Part shown: positions 1-13,849 of the stretch, in pieces | How the letters are laid out: every line of letters starts with the position of its first letter | Numbering within the stretch: position 1 is the first letter of the stretch | Origin: Lama glama | Taxonomy: Eukaryota | Direction of reading: 5' to 3' | Length of the DNA: 64,000 nt | NCBI GenBank assembly: GCA_028534125.1 | Contig: CM052817.1 | Location: 64,730,001 to 64,794,000 of the forward strand | Translations under genes and position numbers: made by a program | Notes under the pieces: generated by a model | Seen by the model: the letters and a program-made list of their open reading frames with translations, nothing else | Told to the model about the DNA's origin: nothing | The model's database searches: none

Positions 1-1202
1 TATTAATATAACCTCTCTTTCCTTCTTTTTTTCCCCCCTATTTTATGATTAAATTTTATTTTATGGCTTACAATATTTTATTTCCAGTTAAGTAGAAAAA
101 TGTTAATGTGTTTTTATGGGATATTTAAATGTTGTGGTATTGGTTTTTTTTCCCACTCTTGCCTTCTTTTGATTAATGTTTGTGTGATATGTATTTTTCA
201 TCTTTTTTCTTTCAACCTACCTATACTCAAAGTGAGTTTCTTACAGACAAGATATATTTGAGTCATGTTTTTAAATCTACTCTGTCCATTTATATCTTTT
301 TTAGACAGTTTTATTGAGATTGTATTCACTTACTATTCAGCCATTTAAAGTGTAAAATTCAATTTTGTTGTATATTCACAGATATGTGCAACCATCACCA
401 CAATCAATTTTAAAGTACTTTTAACACCTCAGAAAGAAAGCGACACCTCTCTAAACCTTCATCATTACCACCACCACCTTGGCCTTATGCAACAATTCTT
501 CTGCTTTCTGTCTGCATAGATTTACCTATTCTGGACATTTTAAATGAATGGGATCACATGATATGTGGTCTTTTATGACTAAATTCTTTCACTTAGCATA
601 GTGTTCTCAAGGTTCACCTATGTTGTAGCTTAAACCAATTATTCATTCCTTTATATGGCATTGTGTGGATATACTACATTATCCATTCATCAGTTTTTCA
701 TTAAGTGAATAAGTCTAATGTAACATTTAAATTTTTTAAATGACTTTTTCTTTTTACTATGTTCTTTCAGTCATTTCTTTAGTGGTTAGTCTAGGATTTA
801 CCATTTACATATTAACTTACAAGAACCAGCTTCAGAATTTTAGTAAGTTAATTCCGGTCAGATATAGAAAAGTTGCTACTTTTAATCTCTATTACCTCAT
901 CATTTGTCATATTATTATCATATATATGATATCTATAAATGTTAAAAATTAGTAATACATTGTTACAAAAATGATTTTATATATTTTATGTCTTTAAATG
1001 AAGCTGAAAAAGGAAGATGAGCTAGTATATGTTTTACCTTTTGATATATTAACTTTTTGATTTATTATTTCTAATTTTCTTTATCTATTTCTGTGATTAA
1101 ATTACCATCTGGAGATTTTTTCCTTAGCTCAGGAAAAAAACTTTGCTTCCACCCATCTTTTTGTGCTATTATTACACAAATATATTATATAAAGATATTA
1201 TA

Positions 1203-3774
1203 GAGAGAAGCAGGGTGGCGGAGTAGAAGGGTGTTTATAGCTCACCTTCTCCCACAAATACACCAAAACTCACATCTACAGACCCACTCAGCCAACCAGA
1301 GCACCTGCAGAACTCTGACAGAACATCACCCTCTTCGAAAGACAAAGACGCCAAAAATCTGGTAGGAGAAAAGGAAAAAAGAAAGAAGAAAAAGCAAAAC
1401 AGCGCGGGACCATTCCTGTGGAGAGGGAGTGGCAAAGGAGGAATAGCGCTTGTTCGCTGGGTCTCCCCTCTCCAATGGAGAGGCCAGAGGGACTGAGGGG
1501 GAGCCTCCGAGGCTTGGATCTGCCCTGAGCACCCCTTGACCAACAGAACTAAGTTAAACAGGTACAAAGGGTCCCTTCAACACCCAGCCTGAGACGTGAG
1601 CTGGCAGCTGGGGGCTGGGACAGGCTGCCCAAGCCGGGTGGAGGACTGGGGCGGCTGCACTGATGCAGACGAGGGGGACTGCAGGGTGTTGCGTGCTGTG
1701 GCTGGGAGGTGATACGGAGCAGAACAACGTGTGAAAAAAGCAAAGCAACATGGCTGGTGTGCCTTGTGGGGAGGGGCGCCATAGCCTTTGTCTCCTCAGA
1801 TCCACGATGCCATTACTGGCACTTATCGTGAGAAGAGAGGAGGGCATAGGTACATCGGCCATGTCCTCCTGTGTGCAGCGCCCGGGTGGGGGGCAGGGCC
1901 GAGCCCTTAATCCACACCCAGGGGCTACCTCCTGGGCAGGACTGTGACTTGTTTATAGCCTGAGGCAGATAGGATCTTTCTGCCCTGGCACCTCAGAGAA
2001 CTCACACCGCCAAGACAAACAAGGAGCTGAGTTTTGGCACAGAGCAGGGGAGGGGCTATTCCGTGGTCTTCCCCGAGCCCGCCTATGGAGCGCCGACTGG
2101 AGGTGGAGCGGGCAGCTGCACAGAGCAGCAGAGACCTGCACTGGGAGAGGGCGGGCAGCCACCCGCCTTCTTGGCAGGAATGTAGCACCTGACCATGGTG
2201 CAGGGAGGGGGCGCAATCCGCCCACCTGCCTCGCCTGAGTGCAGCATCTGACTGCATTGGGAAGGGGAGTGACCTGCCCACCCACTGGTGTCAGAGAGAT
2301 ATGACCAATATGAAGAAGCAGAGGAACCACTCCCAATTAAAAGATCAAGAGAAATCCTCTGAAAGCACAATCAAGGAAATAGACATTGATGGCCTACTAG
2401 ATCAAGATTTCAAAAAAGGAGTACCGAAGGAAGTACTGAAGTACTGAAGAAACTAAAAGAAATAGTGTTTAAAGATATAAAATATGCCAAAAATGAAATA
2501 GAAGCTATAAAGAAGAACCAAGTAAAATTAGTAAGCTCATTTGCTGAGATGAGAGCTGATCTAAAGGCTGTACAAAGCAGTCTAGATAATGCAGAGGAAC
2601 AAATAAGTGACCTAGAAGACAGGACAACAGAAAGCACCCAATCAGAACAGCTGAGAGAAAAACATAAAAAACAATGAAAACAATATAAGGGACNNNNNNN
2701 NNNNNNNNNNNNNNNNNNNNNNNNNNNNNNNNNNNNNNNNNNNNNNNNNNNNNNNNNNNNNNNNNNNNNNNNNNNNNNNNNNNNNNNNNNNNNTATTCAA
2801 AGTCCTGCATGAAAAAAAGATGCAGCCTAGGATACTTTATCCAGCAAGGCTACCCTTAAGAATAGAAGGACAGATAAAGAACTTCACAGACAAGCAAAAA
2901 CTAAAAGAGTTTAGCAACACTAAACCCATGCTGAAAGAAATATTCACAGGTCTACTCTAAATAGAAAAGAAGCAGGATGCTACAAAAATGAGAAACTCAT
3001 AACTCAAGAGGTGATAACTACCATGAATTACAAATAGAATAAACACAAAATTGTAAAAGACATCTAAATCATTAAGAGTGGGAGAGGGAAACAAGGAAAG
3101 CCACTGTGGAAAACAGTATGGAGATTCTTCAAAAGACTAGGAACAGATTTACCATATGACCCAGGATTCCCACTCCTGGGCATATATCCAGAAGGAACCC
3201 TACTTCAAAATGACACCTGCACCCCAATGTTCATAGCAGCACTATTTACAATAGCCAAGACATGGAAACAGCCTAAATGTCCATCAACAGAAGACTGGAT
3301 AGAGAAGATGTGGTATATTTACACACTAGAATACTATTCAGCCACAAAACCCGACAACATAATGCCATTTGCAGCAACACGGATGTTCCTGGAGAATGTC
3401 ATTCTAAGTGAAGTCAGCCAGAAGGAAAAAGAAAAATATCATATGAGATCACTCATATGTAGAATCTAAAAAAAAAAAAAAGAACATAAATACAAAACAG
3501 AAACAGACTCATAGACATAGAATACAAACTTGTGGTTGCCAAGGAGGCAGGGGATGGGAAGGGACAGACTGGGATTTTAAAATGTAGAATAGATAAACAA
3601 GATTATACTGTAAAGCACAGGGAAATATATACAAGATATTGTGGTAGCTCACAGTGAAAAAAAATGTGACAGTGAATATATGTATGTTCATGTATAACTG
3701 AAAAATTGTGCTCTGTACTGGAATTTGACACAATATTGTAAAATGACTATTACTCAATAAAAAACTGTTTAAAA
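1203..3774 (+). mobile_element. Young LINE-1 with GC-rich 5' UTR, disrupted ORF1 (N gap inside), almost all of ORF2 deleted, intact 3' end
   Basis: ORF1-like coiled coil (AEEQISDLEDR); ORF2 C-terminus MFIAALFTIAKTWKQPKCP; A tail; TSD aaagatatta(t/c)a at 1191-1202 and 3775-3786. Confidence 0.9.
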
Positions 3775-6649
3775 AAAGATATTACATTCTATATATCTAA
3801 GCCCCTAAGTACATTATATACATATTGTTTTATACAGTTGCTTTTTAAATCAGCTAAGAGAAGAAGACAAATATGCATTTATAATCTCTTTATAATTTCA
3901 TGGTTACCTTAACCCTGGTCTTTTTCCCCCTTTGGATTCAATTTACTATTCAGAGTCACTTGCTTTCTTCCTAAAAAACTTTTATCTAAGTAATCAATTT
4001 ATTTTAGGTTAGATGACCTGGTTTTTTCTTTTCCCACCTTTATTAAGATATGATTAACATATAAAATTGTGTATGTTTAAGATGTACAAAGTGATGATTT
4101 GCTACATGTATGTATTGTGAAATGTTTCCACAATAAGATTAGTTAACGCATCCTTCACCTCACATAATTATTATTATTTTTTGTTGTTATGGTGAGAATA
4201 TTTAAAATCTGCTCTGCATATATCTCCCCTCTTCCCTGATAGGCACCAGAACATGTCCTCTGAATCAAGTCCGATGGGTAACTGGCAGTTGTAGGATCTG
4301 ATTTTAGTAATAGGAAGTAGAGACAATAAGGCAAGAGAGTCATGAGCCCTGAAAAGTCATCTCATCTGGATTCACAGTTACAGGGTGCACTTCACCCCAT
4401 GACTTCTTTTCTTTGCATCGCTCTTTCTTTTCTTCTTTCCAGTTTTATTTAGATATAATTGACATACTGTATATGTTTAAGGTGTACAGCATAATGATTT
4501 GACCTACAGACATCATGAAATGATTACCACAATAAATTTAGTGAACATATATTATCTCATATAGACACAAAATTAAAGAAATAGAAAAAATGTTTTTTTC
4601 CCTTATGATGAGAACTCAGGGTTTACTCTTTTAACAATTTTCATGAATAATGTACAGCAGTGCTAATTGTATTTATCACGTTGTATATTATATCCCTAGT
4701 GCTTACTTATAACAGAAAGTTTGTACTTTTTGACTAATTTCATCCATCTCACTCCCTCACCCTGCCTCTGGTGACCACAAATGTAATCTTTTTTTTAATG
4801 TTCACTCCATGACTTCTGTTTACCTTTTAGCTGTCCATGAGCTGGTATGATGGGAAAGGGAGAATTCCCACAATATCTATTTTCTAGTTGTGAATGGCTG
4901 CATTTTATTTTCCTCATGAAAGTGCACCCATTTTGTCCTATTACCACACACACTGTTAATATTACAAAGAGCAATGTTATTTATTTTATCATTGGTGCCA
5001 AAGTCTAATGTTGCTAAACCAGATATAATTATCCAGCCAATTCCAATAAAGTAAATTTAAAGAGAAGTAACAATTCCTCATAGTCCAATTTAGTAATGTA
5101 AATTGCTTGATGACTTTGTGACTAAGTTGGAAGAAACTGCCTTTTTTCTAGGGTCAAGTTCTGAAATTAGGTTTCAAGGTAGGGAAGATAACTACGTTAA
5201 ATTAATATCTGGAGCTTATATGTAGTCACTACCTGGTAGTCATAGTTGACGTGAAGAGCAGAAATGGCAACTTTTCTGATCTTTTTATGTGCTTGTAAAC
5301 TCTTCAAAGTGGCCATCCTAGAAATAAGTGCATGTTCTCCATCAAATTAGCATCAATGCCTGTCTCATCTCCTCAGGAAAATAGATTCACCTTTTGCATT
5401 TTCACCCACAATTTTGGTGACCTTGGTTTTTAAATTTTTTTGAGAACACTAAATTCAAAATGCTTAAAAAGGTATGTATTATTTAACTTTCAGTTTAGAT
5501 TTTCTTGCATACACCATTGTATGAAACATTGCATTAGTCTCATGCTTCAAATGGAGAAGAATATAAGTTCTAAATTCTCAGTTTCTTTATCTTTTCCTAC
5601 GAATGTGAAGCATCAATCCCCAGACAATAATGTTGGAACTGTGTGTTGTTTTTCTAGGACTGTCAGTGGGAGGATTTCAGTGCTCTCGCATTTACTAATG
5701 GCCAATGGGATACATTTATTTGAATACTGCCTTGGGATAGGAGTGGAATATTTAGCTAAAGATTTTTAAAGGAGAGTCAGTTTCAGAATTCTATAAGAAT
5801 TCTATAATTCTTGGGTCACATTATTTCCATAACCCTAGTATTATCAGCTCTGGACTCAATATACATAGAAGCACGGGTGGTATCATACAGCTAGAAAGTG
5901 GCTCCAAGGTCAAACAATCCAATACCTATATTTTTCAGATGCTTTGGAACTTGACTGATTTCAGTCAATCTACAAAGTGCACATTAATAATTTCAACTCA
6001 AACTGTTGTTAATATATCAGTCACTATTAGATGGGATTTCATAGCAATATCATATAGTAAGGCTCAGGAAAGGCAACGTAATATCCTAGGGAAACCCAGT
6101 TCTCTTCAGATGTAAAAATTCTTGTACTTTTGCTTGCTTATATAGGAAATACTTTGTAATCAAGGCCTTTATGCTCGCTGCCCTACACAAACACAGTCTG
6201 GCCCTTGCAAACTGGATTGTTTGTTGTTTATCATATGCATGTTTTATCTCTCTTTTATGGGTTCTTATAGACAGTTTCAATTTCTACGAGGTCTTTTACC
6301 CAGACATTCATGTTGTAGTTCTGTAAGCTCCCAAGGCTCAGTTTAGAGGGTGACCTGCTCCCCGAGGGCTTCCCCAACCGTCTAGTCAGAAATGAGGTCT
6401 CTATACCTTGGATCTGTAGTCTTTTGGACTTTCTGACAAGACATTATATCCAGCGCTTATTGCAGCTATTTATGTATTTATTCTTATACTGCAGTACTGA
6501 ACCTTCAATGACTTGAAGACAGTGATTATATTCAACACTGTTTTTCCAGTGTGTCTTAGCACAGTATTGTTATTAGATGTTTAATGAATGTATGCTGAAG
6601 ATAAATACTCTTGAAAAATCAAATATTAGACTGTTGATTGAAAATAAAC

Positions 6650-6673
6650 TCATAAAGCAGCACAAAATGTACC
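6650..6673 (-). pseudogene. Possible exon 9 remnant of the 7-11 kb ADH pseudogene
   Basis: tttatttacaAG GTA CAT TTT GTG CTG CTT TATGA (VHFVLL) versus IRCVLLF*; short match only. Confidence 0.3.
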
Positions 6674-7139
6674 TTGTAAATAAATAATTTTCTGGAGGAC
6701 AGTAGATCACTTCAAAACTCTGTTGGTCATAGCACATTGCTAATTAAGCTGTACAGTAGTTTAATTTCTTGGTCATATATATCAGGACTCAAACAAACCA
6801 CAATGTTTTATTATAACAACATAATTTTGTATACTTTTTCTTTCACTGGTCTTTCCTTTTTATTCTCACATTTGATCTTCATACCTGTCTCAAGAGAGAA
6901 GGTATCATTATCCCCATTTTATATAGATGAGGACAGTAACTTGGACAAAGATAGCCATTTGGGGTCACACAGTGACTGAGTAAAGGGCTCTTCATAACTG
7001 ACTTAAAGCTCTTTTATTGCTATTCTCTAAACTGTTTTCCACAACCATCCTCTTTTATACTTGATCTGAGACCTCTCATTTTTCATAAAATTTTGGATGT
7101 GACATTCATATGTATAAGATATCTTACAGAGATACATTA

Positions 7140-7143
7140 CACA

Positions 7144-7174
<31 letters not shown>
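7140..7174. repeat. (CA)n microsatellite abutting the pseudo-exon 8 donor
   Basis: Direct reading. Confidence 0.9.
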
Positions 7175-7888
7175 CATTTTCCATCTTGGAGCAATTCGAA
7201 TGCCTTATTGATTTCCTTCTTAAGGAAATTTATGGTTTATAAGTAGATCTCTGTTGATTTTTTTGCAAATACTCAGTTACCAGTTTAGGAATAGAGTCCC
7301 TGGTTTTAAACTCTATAGAAGAAAAGGTCAATAATAAGACCTGAGGGAGAAAACCAAAACTAACCAAAGAATCAAATGAACTGTTTATGTATAAAATTGG
7401 TAAAAAGCATTCGTGGGGGATAGTAAACCATTTACCTTTTGATCCTTTTCCTAATCATCAAAAGCAGGATAATTTATTCCATAGCAGTTACCACTTAGGA
7501 CCCAGCACTGTTGGAGTGGACCCAGGACTGCCGTGATTACAGACCATCAGCCTGCAGCTCTCCTTTGCACTCATGGCACTAATGATTTCCTATAACAGCT
7601 TACCATCCAGCTGGTTTGATTTGAGTTACCATGTACTCCCTCCATCTGGGGCTCTAGATATATCTCCTTCACAAAACTAATATTTCAACCTCAGAAACAA
7701 ATTTCTGGTCTTTTGTAGTATTTTGGGAGTAGCGTAGTAGAGTAGTTGCAGAAGATGATGATGGCTCCCTGCTTAGATTCCATTTACTATTTGATCACTA
7801 TAAATAATGCAGATACAGGCATTATTTTCCCTATTTTTATAACTTTGAGAGGACTGAGGTTTAGAGAGGTTAAATATTTTTCATTGAT

Positions 7889-8430
7889 TGTATTAATTAT
7901 ATTTTTAATTTTTTGTATTTTAGAAGGCTTTGATATCTTGGGACCTTGTGGACCCAGGGAGGGACCCCCTGGCCAATTAGTTAATTTCTAGAGATAGCAA
8001 ACAGCTTGCTTCACTACTTCTTTGACATGCAAGCCAGCTAATCTTGAGTCTATATCTCCTAGCCACCTCCTTTAATTAGATGCCAACTGCTTGGGACACT
8101 ATGTTCTTGCTCTAAGTCACCCCAGGTCCAGTAATGAGATAACTGGGAACCACCCCTGTGGCCTAGAACCCATTGAAACTCACTTAGCTTGCTTACCCCT
8201 TTTCCTGTTCCTTTTCATGAAAACCACAATTAAGGCTCTGGCCTGAGCTTTTCCCTAGCATTCTGCCTCCTGAATGAACTTGGTGCTTCCCCATATGACC
8301 TGCTTGTTACAGTGTGGCATGCCCCCTCCTTCTGGGGAATTGTGAGTAATAAACTCTTTTTCAAGGTAGTTGTCTTTGTGTCTGTCATCTTACCATATCT
8401 TACTAAATCAAATCCTGGGTACATTTGAAA
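7889..8430 (+). mobile_element. Solo LTR (MER74-like, ERVL)
   Basis: TG start, tttgatatcttgggaccttg...tagagatagcaaac, internal AATAAA near 8348. Confidence 0.55.
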
Positions 8431-9619
8431 ACATTGATGCACATCTAGAAAGTGGCAAAACTGAACCTAGAATCCAGACCTTTATATTCTTAGCAGGGTT
8501 CTGTTTCTGCAAAATTATGTTTTTTATAAATACCATGTAAAATTGCATTTATGGCTATTTTGAAACTTTAAGTTATAGTGAAAAAAAAGTTGAGTTCTTT
8601 TTATGAAAGATAGCTCTTTATCAGAGCTTTGGCTACAAATATTTTGTTGCCTAATAGGACAATTTGTACTAAAATATTTGAGTATTATGTAATTGTTATG
8701 CAAGATTTTGAGTAACTTAGAAACTTGTCAGCATGGAATTGAATGAAAGGAAAAACCTATTATAGATTTTTCCATCCAGGTTGAGAATCTTATTAGGGGT
8801 GATTTCCCTCAGTGTGTTGCATATAGGGAGGGAGGAAGGAGACATGGCAGATACATGAGGAGTATTAGAAAATGTGAATAAATTTTTTAAAATGAATCCG
8901 AAGACTAGCATTGAGAAGAAACATTAGCATCGATTAGTCATTTCAAGCACTAGCCTAATCGCTTTTGAAATAATTTGACTTTTAAATTGGGTTTTTATTC
9001 AGTTTGGAAAATTCAGACATCTAGAATTTCTGGAAAAAGAAACTTTCATAATGGGAGGTTGGTTAATGGTAAATTTTTCCCTAGTATTTGACCTGGAGGT
9101 ACAAATCTAGTTTTATTCACATGTAATCAGCTAACGCAAAACCACACCAATGAATAAATGAAAAGCCCCCAGAGATCTTAAAACAGCAAAAACAAAACAA
9201 AACAAAACAAAACCAAACAAAACCCAAAAAACAAAAAAACAACCCTCCAGTTATCTTTTGCAATATATGTGCTTTCCTCTTCATTTTTTGTTTGGGCCAT
9301 TAAGCTACTGTTATCATTGCTGTTTCTGCTACCATTAAACATTAATTTTGTGCCTACTGTGTTTCAGCTTGTTTGTCAAGTGCTTTATCTGCATTTTCTC
9401 ACTTAGTTCTCCTGACACTAGGTAAGAAAGAAACTATTATTTACCCTACTTTTTAGATGATGGGACTGGCAAGAAATTTAAATAACTTGCTAAGGTCCCA
9501 TGTCTAGTAAGTGATCTAAAATCAAAACCCATGTTTTTAAGCTCTATGCCATAGTTCCCTCAAATTAATCTTATCTAAGCATTCTAGCAAAAATCAGAGG
9601 ACAAAATAATCTCAACTGT

Positions 9620-9816
9620 GTTAAGGTAGCCATTAACCATATATGACTGTTTAAATTTAAATGAATTAAAATTAAATATAATTTAAAAGTCAGTCTTCCA
9701 GTTGCACTAGCCATACTTCAAGTGTTCAAAAGCTACATATGGCTTGTGGCTACTAGATTGGACGATAAGCTATACAACATTTTCGTCAATGCAGAAAATT
9801 CTCTTGGACAGTGCTG
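9620..9816. mobile_element. hAT-Charlie MITE (MER3/MER33-like)
   Basis: gttgcactagccatacttcaagtg...gtggctact...ggacagtgctg signature. Confidence 0.6.
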
Positions 9817-12399
9817 GTCTGAAAGCATCCTGGATGCTGGTGTGAGGTGTGGTGAGAGAGGGACTTGGAGGTGTTGCTTGAGGATGAGAGATTCAAATAG
9901 TACAACACATTAGAATTGTTTGTTTTGTTCTTGAATAGCAAATTAGGGTGACAGTTAAGATAAGAACTGGGGGTCAATACAGCGAGATTTTCTTCTAGTC
10001 TTATCCTTTGTTGGGGAGTGGCCCAGAGACGTAAGATAACTCCCTGATTATGGAATGTCTGGGTGCCAATGAATACACTGAAATGTGACTATTCTATATC
10101 TTATTAATAATGTCAAGATACTAGTCTGCTTTTGCTGCCACAGGTAATAAATACCTGTGGGGAAAATAAAGGTAAGCTTTTCTATTTTAACACATTGTCT
10201 TCTATTTCCTTTCCTAGAGGAATATTTTTCCTACCTTTTCACCCCTCCATTTCTTGCCAAGGAGAATGCAAGGTGTCCAGATTTCTGGAAAAGGCTATGT
10301 GAAGTCAAAGACCTACTTCCCATAATGTCACCTTTTATGGTTCTCCCAGAGGAAATTGGCATTGGGTCAAAGGAGGTATAAATTTAACAGTGCTACTCCA
10401 ATAATCATGCACACTCCATAGCTCAGATAGCGTGACTCCAAAGCTATAACCTAGTTTCAGAAATAGACTGATTAGCATCTCAGTAGCCCCGAATCACACC
10501 TCTTCTGACTCATAATCTTAAGACATATTTTCCAGGTAGCTATATGAGAGAGTTAATATAGAATAGAATGTATGGTACACCCTCTGTGAGATCTTAGGCA
10601 ATTAATTAATGAATTAATCAACCAAAACCCAAGTTTTTTAGTCTTTAAATGAGGATATTAGTGCTTAATTCATAAAATAATGTTAAGACTAAATGGGATA
10701 AAGTATGTAAATATCTCGGTATAGTGCGAGGCTCAGAAAGACTAGTTAAAAATTATAGAAATTTGTATCTAAAAGCCCTCTGACTGCATGGCTCCCTGAA
10801 TGTACATAAAGTCACGGGAAAACAACACAAAAGTATATTCTTACCTTTGCAGTGTTAAACATAGCTCCAAATCCTGTAGGCACCTCACAGCTTATATACA
10901 GACTTTGTCCATGGGAGCAACAGCATCAGTTCTCCCCAGTGCAATTTCATGCATAACAGTATATTCAGTTAATGTACTAGTACCATAAAGATGATAAAAC
11001 TTTTTTCCTCTGCAGGTAAATCTGCTGGTTTCATCTAAATTGACCAATTTGGAGAAAGAATACTGTTTCACATATGTGTACAGTGACAAGGAGAGAAATA
11101 TAGGATTTTACCTCCCAGTCAATGCTTGTACCAATGAAAGCAAATTAGAAAAAGGAGGTCAAAGAAATTAAAGCTAACTTTCCTTCAAGCATAAATTGCT
11201 CTTGAGGCAGCAGCAGGAGCTGCATTCTCTGGTAGAGGGAGCATTAAGACTTTATCTCCTTAGGCAGAGGCATGGAATGCAGTAAACACCATACTTATTG
11301 ACAGGAAATTGTGTATAGTGGATGTTACCAATTTGTTATGATAGTTATCATTTTTGAAGTTAATTATCATTTTGCTTTGGAATGGAAACAAATAAATTTT
11401 AATGCAAATAGACCTTCAAAATGCAAAAGAAAAATTAAGGATTTGCCTCTAGTAACATTGAAATTTAAAGACAATAGAGAGCTAAGTCTAAGAATGACAC
11501 TGGTATTTGTGGTATGAGGCTTATCTGTTTTGGTTAGTGTTCTATCCCAGGAGCCTAGCAAAGTGTTGCACCTAGTATGTGCTTAATAAATCTCTTTTTG
11601 AAGGAATGAATTAATACTCTTGTGTTAATACTAGAATTAACTTGTTTCCTCATACATAAACGGGGCATAAAATATCTATGATATATGTTTGTTGTCAGAA
11701 TAATAAATGATATTGTAAAGCATCTTGCAAAGTGTTTGAAACAAGAATTGTAGCCAATGTGGAAGAATTAACTACAAATTCTGGAGCAAACTTTATTATA
11801 GATGAGACCTACTTCAGGCAATTTAAAGGATTATTATGTGCTTGTGTGTGTGTGTGAATGTGAGAATGTGTAGGAAAAAGCTCTTAATCATACATAATTT
11901 TAATCTAAGGATATTCCAATATGTTACATATATTTTGTAATTTTTAGTTTAATTTAGGATAGATACTAGAGATAATCTCTACAGAAATGAGTGGAGAAGA
12001 TTTCTTTTTCTTTGAATCCTTTCAGACAAACACAAAATTGGAAGATTCTGAATCTTAGGTTGCCTGTTTTCTATATCTGATGTGTGAATGCATTAAAATA
12101 TTTTGGCAATATGTGATAAACTCAGCTGTCTTTATGGTGGTTTTGGGGAAATGAACAAATTCTACTGGCACTATATAGAGCTGTATAACACTTGCAAAAC
12201 ATGGTTTCTACATTCTAGGAATGAATTATAAAATAGAAGGGTATAATACCTAACTAAACAAGAAATTTCACAATGTATCTTTATATGAACATATCTGACA
12301 GCGCAATGTGGCAATTTTTGAAGATAAAGCATGAGAAGGAAGAGAAAGATTTGAGGCCTAAGTCTACAGACAATTCTGATAAGGTTTGTGAGGAAAAAT

Positions 12400-13460
12400 T
12401 ACAGTAACCTGTGTTATTTCAGAGCAATAGTGCAAAATGCCCAGGATAGTCAAGGAAATTTTTTAAAAGAACAAATTATAGGACTTGTTCTGTAAGGTAT
12501 TAAGACTTTCTATAAATCTACAATAATAAGACTATTTAGTTTTGGTGTAAGGATAGAAAAATATACCAATAGATCAATGAATGGAGCAGAATAAAAATCA
12601 AAAAGAGATCCAGACGTAGTCACTTGACTTATGACAAAAGTGGTACTATAGTACAGTGGGGAAAGCAGACTTTTCAAATGATGCCAGGTCAATTTGATAT
12701 GTAAGTAGAAAGAAAATGAAACTTGGACTTCTTAGCAACAAACACAAAACAGTCACTCCCAGGTGATTTAAATTTGTAAATCTCAACATGAAATGAAAAC
12801 CAGTCAAGATTCTCGACAAAAACAAGGAAATTATCTTCAAGACCTTGAATGATTTCTTAATTGGGACATGAAAAATACAGACCATTAGAGAAAAGATTTA
12901 TAAATTGAACTGCATTAAAATTAGGAAATTCCTTTCGCAAATATAAACCATTAAGAGAGTGAAAAGTCAAGTCACAGATTGGAAGAAGATATTACAACAC
13001 CTACAATTAGCTGAGGGGTCATATTCAGAATTGTACACATTAAAAAACTACAAATCAAGGGGCAGGATTTAGCTCAGTGGTAGAGTGCCTGCTTAGCACG
13101 TGTGAAGTGTTAGGTTCAATCCCCAGCACCTCCAATAAAAATAAGTAAATAAACTGAATTACGTACCCCCTAAATTAAAAAAAAACCCATTAAAAACCCC
13201 CTACAAATCAATAAGAAAAATAAAGAAAACCCATTAAAAAACAGGCAAGAGACTTTATCATCTACTCACAGCAAAGAATATCCAAATGGCCAAATAGCTT
13301 ATGAAAGGTGCTCAAACTTCATTAGTCATCAGGCAAATGTAAACTTAAATCATAATGAGATATCACCATATGCCCACTGGAAGAACAAAAATAAAATGAC
13401 TGATAATGCCAAATGGAGGATGTGAAGAAACTAAAATACTCTTGCACTTCTGGCAGGTAT
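12400..13460 (+). mobile_element. Ancient LINE-1 ORF2 3' fragment (host of the SINE)
   Basis: Degenerate L1 motifs such as atagatcaatgaatggagcagaat and tgctcaaacttcattagtcatcagg. Confidence 0.6.
13059..13200 (+). mobile_element. tRNA-derived SINE (Vic-1-like, camelid)
   Basis: GGGG...TAGCTCAGTGGTAGAG (A box), GGTTCAATCCCC (B box), A-rich tail; TSD ctacaaatcaa at 13048-13058 and 13201-13211. Confidence 0.8.
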
Positions 13461-13849
13461 ATTATTTTATACATAATTAATTATGTGTCACTTCTCCTTA
13501 GAATGTTGGGCTCTAGATCTTGGTAGCAAATAGGATAATACATGCCATGAAAAGGATGACAAAGGTGAGGAGAAACATGCTATGTTGTTTTTCTCTCTCA
13601 CTGTTGTGAAATGGTCACAAGATGACAGTGCCAACTGAGGAAAGAAACTGTTCCTCTTTTTAAACATTTTAATTTGTGGAGAACACTATTACCACATTGT
13701 TAGTTAGCTTAGGCTACACCTAGTCTGTTAAAAATTTTTTGAATTTTATCAGTCTATTTAATAAAGAAAGAGATATTGCCCTATGTGTCTAACATGAATA
13801 AAGTGAAAAGAAAAGAAAATTCCATATATGCTGCTACTGAGCAATTTTA

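Larger units (their letters stand above)
7175..11258 (-). pseudogene. Unprocessed class VI-like ADH pseudogene (possibly Adh6b-type): exon 4 11179-11258, exon 5 10845-11062, exon 7 10317-10450, exon 8 7175-7312; exon 6 absent
   Basis: Translations GDKVLMLPLP/RECSSC, LDETSRFTCRGKKFYHLYGTSTLTEYTV...ISCEVPTGFGAMFNTAK, ALESRYLSYGVCMIIGVA/FDPMPISSGRTIKG, FKTRDSIPKLVTEYL/INKAFELLQDGK. AG/GT ends are retained, but lengths 80/218/134/138 nt versus 88/220/136/139 mean frameshifts in every exon. Confidence 0.9.

Noticed and set aside
1210..2310. GC/CpG-rich island with many overlapping ORFs
   Set aside because: It is the 5' UTR of the TSD-bounded L1; the ORFs are by-products of high GC content.
13059..13135. 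tRNA-like sequence with A and B boxes
   Set aside because: A-rich tail, TSD and a degenerate cloverleaf mark it as a SINE rather than a tRNA gene.
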